Origin: Lama glama
Lineage: Eukaryota
DNA length: 64,000 bases
NCBI GenBank assembly: GCA_028534125.1
Contig: CM052818.1
Span: forward strand, 31,932,001-31,996,000
Direction: 5' to 3'
Below, in pieces: positions 63,281 to 64,000 of the stretch. Position numbers and translations under genes: made by a program. Under the pieces are notes generated by a model. That model was given only the letters and a program-made list of their open reading frames with translations, made no database searches and was not told where the DNA came from. Numbering within the stretch: the stretch's first letter is position 1; the number at the start of each line of letters is the position of its first letter.

Positions 63281-63769
63281 GATCATTACTACCCCAGAGA
63301 GAGTAATGAGGATATCATTACCCTCATACAGTTGAAGAAATAGAGGTTTTTCAAAGGTATACAACTTGCCCAGTGTCACATAGTAGGCCATATTAAATGT
63401 TGACTGTGGTTCTCATTATTAATGCATGTAGACCACTGTCAAAAGTAGACTATACCAATGTCATTATTACTGGACGAGCCCTTGAATTTAGGGATGTCAC
63501 TTCTGCCCTCTGGGTTGGATTGCCCTTGTCCAGGAGCCAGGAGTCTCAGAAGGCCAGGGTGTACAGTGGCTTCTAGAAGAGCCTTCTGGAAGCTGAGCTG
63601 TGGGCTGGTTAGGAACCACACTCAGAAGCTGGCAGTAAATATCTCTTCCTCTTCGCCTGGACATGTGTTCCAGTCTGTCAAGGACAGGTGGATGCTTCTT
63701 ATTCACAAGTATATGCTGCAGGTGAAGTATATAAAGAAATTTGTATATAAAGGATTATATTTAATAATA

Positions 63770-64000
63770 ATTTATTAAGCTCCAGCTCTGCTTCAAGCCT
63801 GATACTAGTTGCTCTGCATACAAAGATGAGGAGGACTCAATTCTTATCCTTGAAGGGTCACAGGCCTGTTTTGGAGATGGTTCCACGTAGCTTTTGACAT
63901 TTGTTTAGGTGCCATAGTGGAAGTGTGTGTGCAGTGCTGGGGAGCCCAAGGAAAGCACTGACTTCCTAGGATATGTCTTGAAGAATGAGTAGGGGATGGT
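63770..64000 (-). mobile_element. L2 3' fragment
   Basis: 'atttattaagctccagctctg...tccttgaagggtcacaggc...gtgctggggagcccaagg...tcttgaagaatgagtagg'. Confidence 0.65.

Noticed and set aside
1199..63778. Numerous 60-160 aa ORFs in the six-frame track
   Set aside because: Apart from L1 ORF1 and ORF2 remnants, none resembles a protein I recognise. Many start at non-ATG codons or overlap repeats, and their lengths fit chance.

Overview
This is mammalian, non-coding, repeat-rich genomic DNA. It is most likely from a camelid, inferred from a vic-1-like tRNA-derived SINE and a young L1 family with a shared 3' UTR. I find no convincing host protein-coding exon, RNA gene or CRISPR array. Every recognisable protein in the ORF track is a LINE-1 ORF1 or ORF2 remnant. 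The window has six relatively young L1 insertions, five with readable target-site duplications (TSDs). One is a textbook twin-priming inversion. Two have large internal deletions, and one of those is a 5'UTR+ORF1+3'-end element lacking almost all of ORF2. The ancient background is MIR, L2, MER5, MER63, MER81, MaLR, MER21, old L1M and a probable HAL1. Three N gaps are present, and one is flanked by an exact 172-bp duplicate that is probably an assembly artefact. L1 and LTR elements are strongly biased to the minus strand, which suggests a large intron of a plus-strand gene. I cannot support a new biological system here. The best leads are the ORF2-less L1, a CpG-retaining candidate regulatory element near 24.5 kb and a candidate recursive splice site near 50.3 kb. 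Repeat family names are from memory of consensus sequences, and boundaries of the old repeats are approximate.
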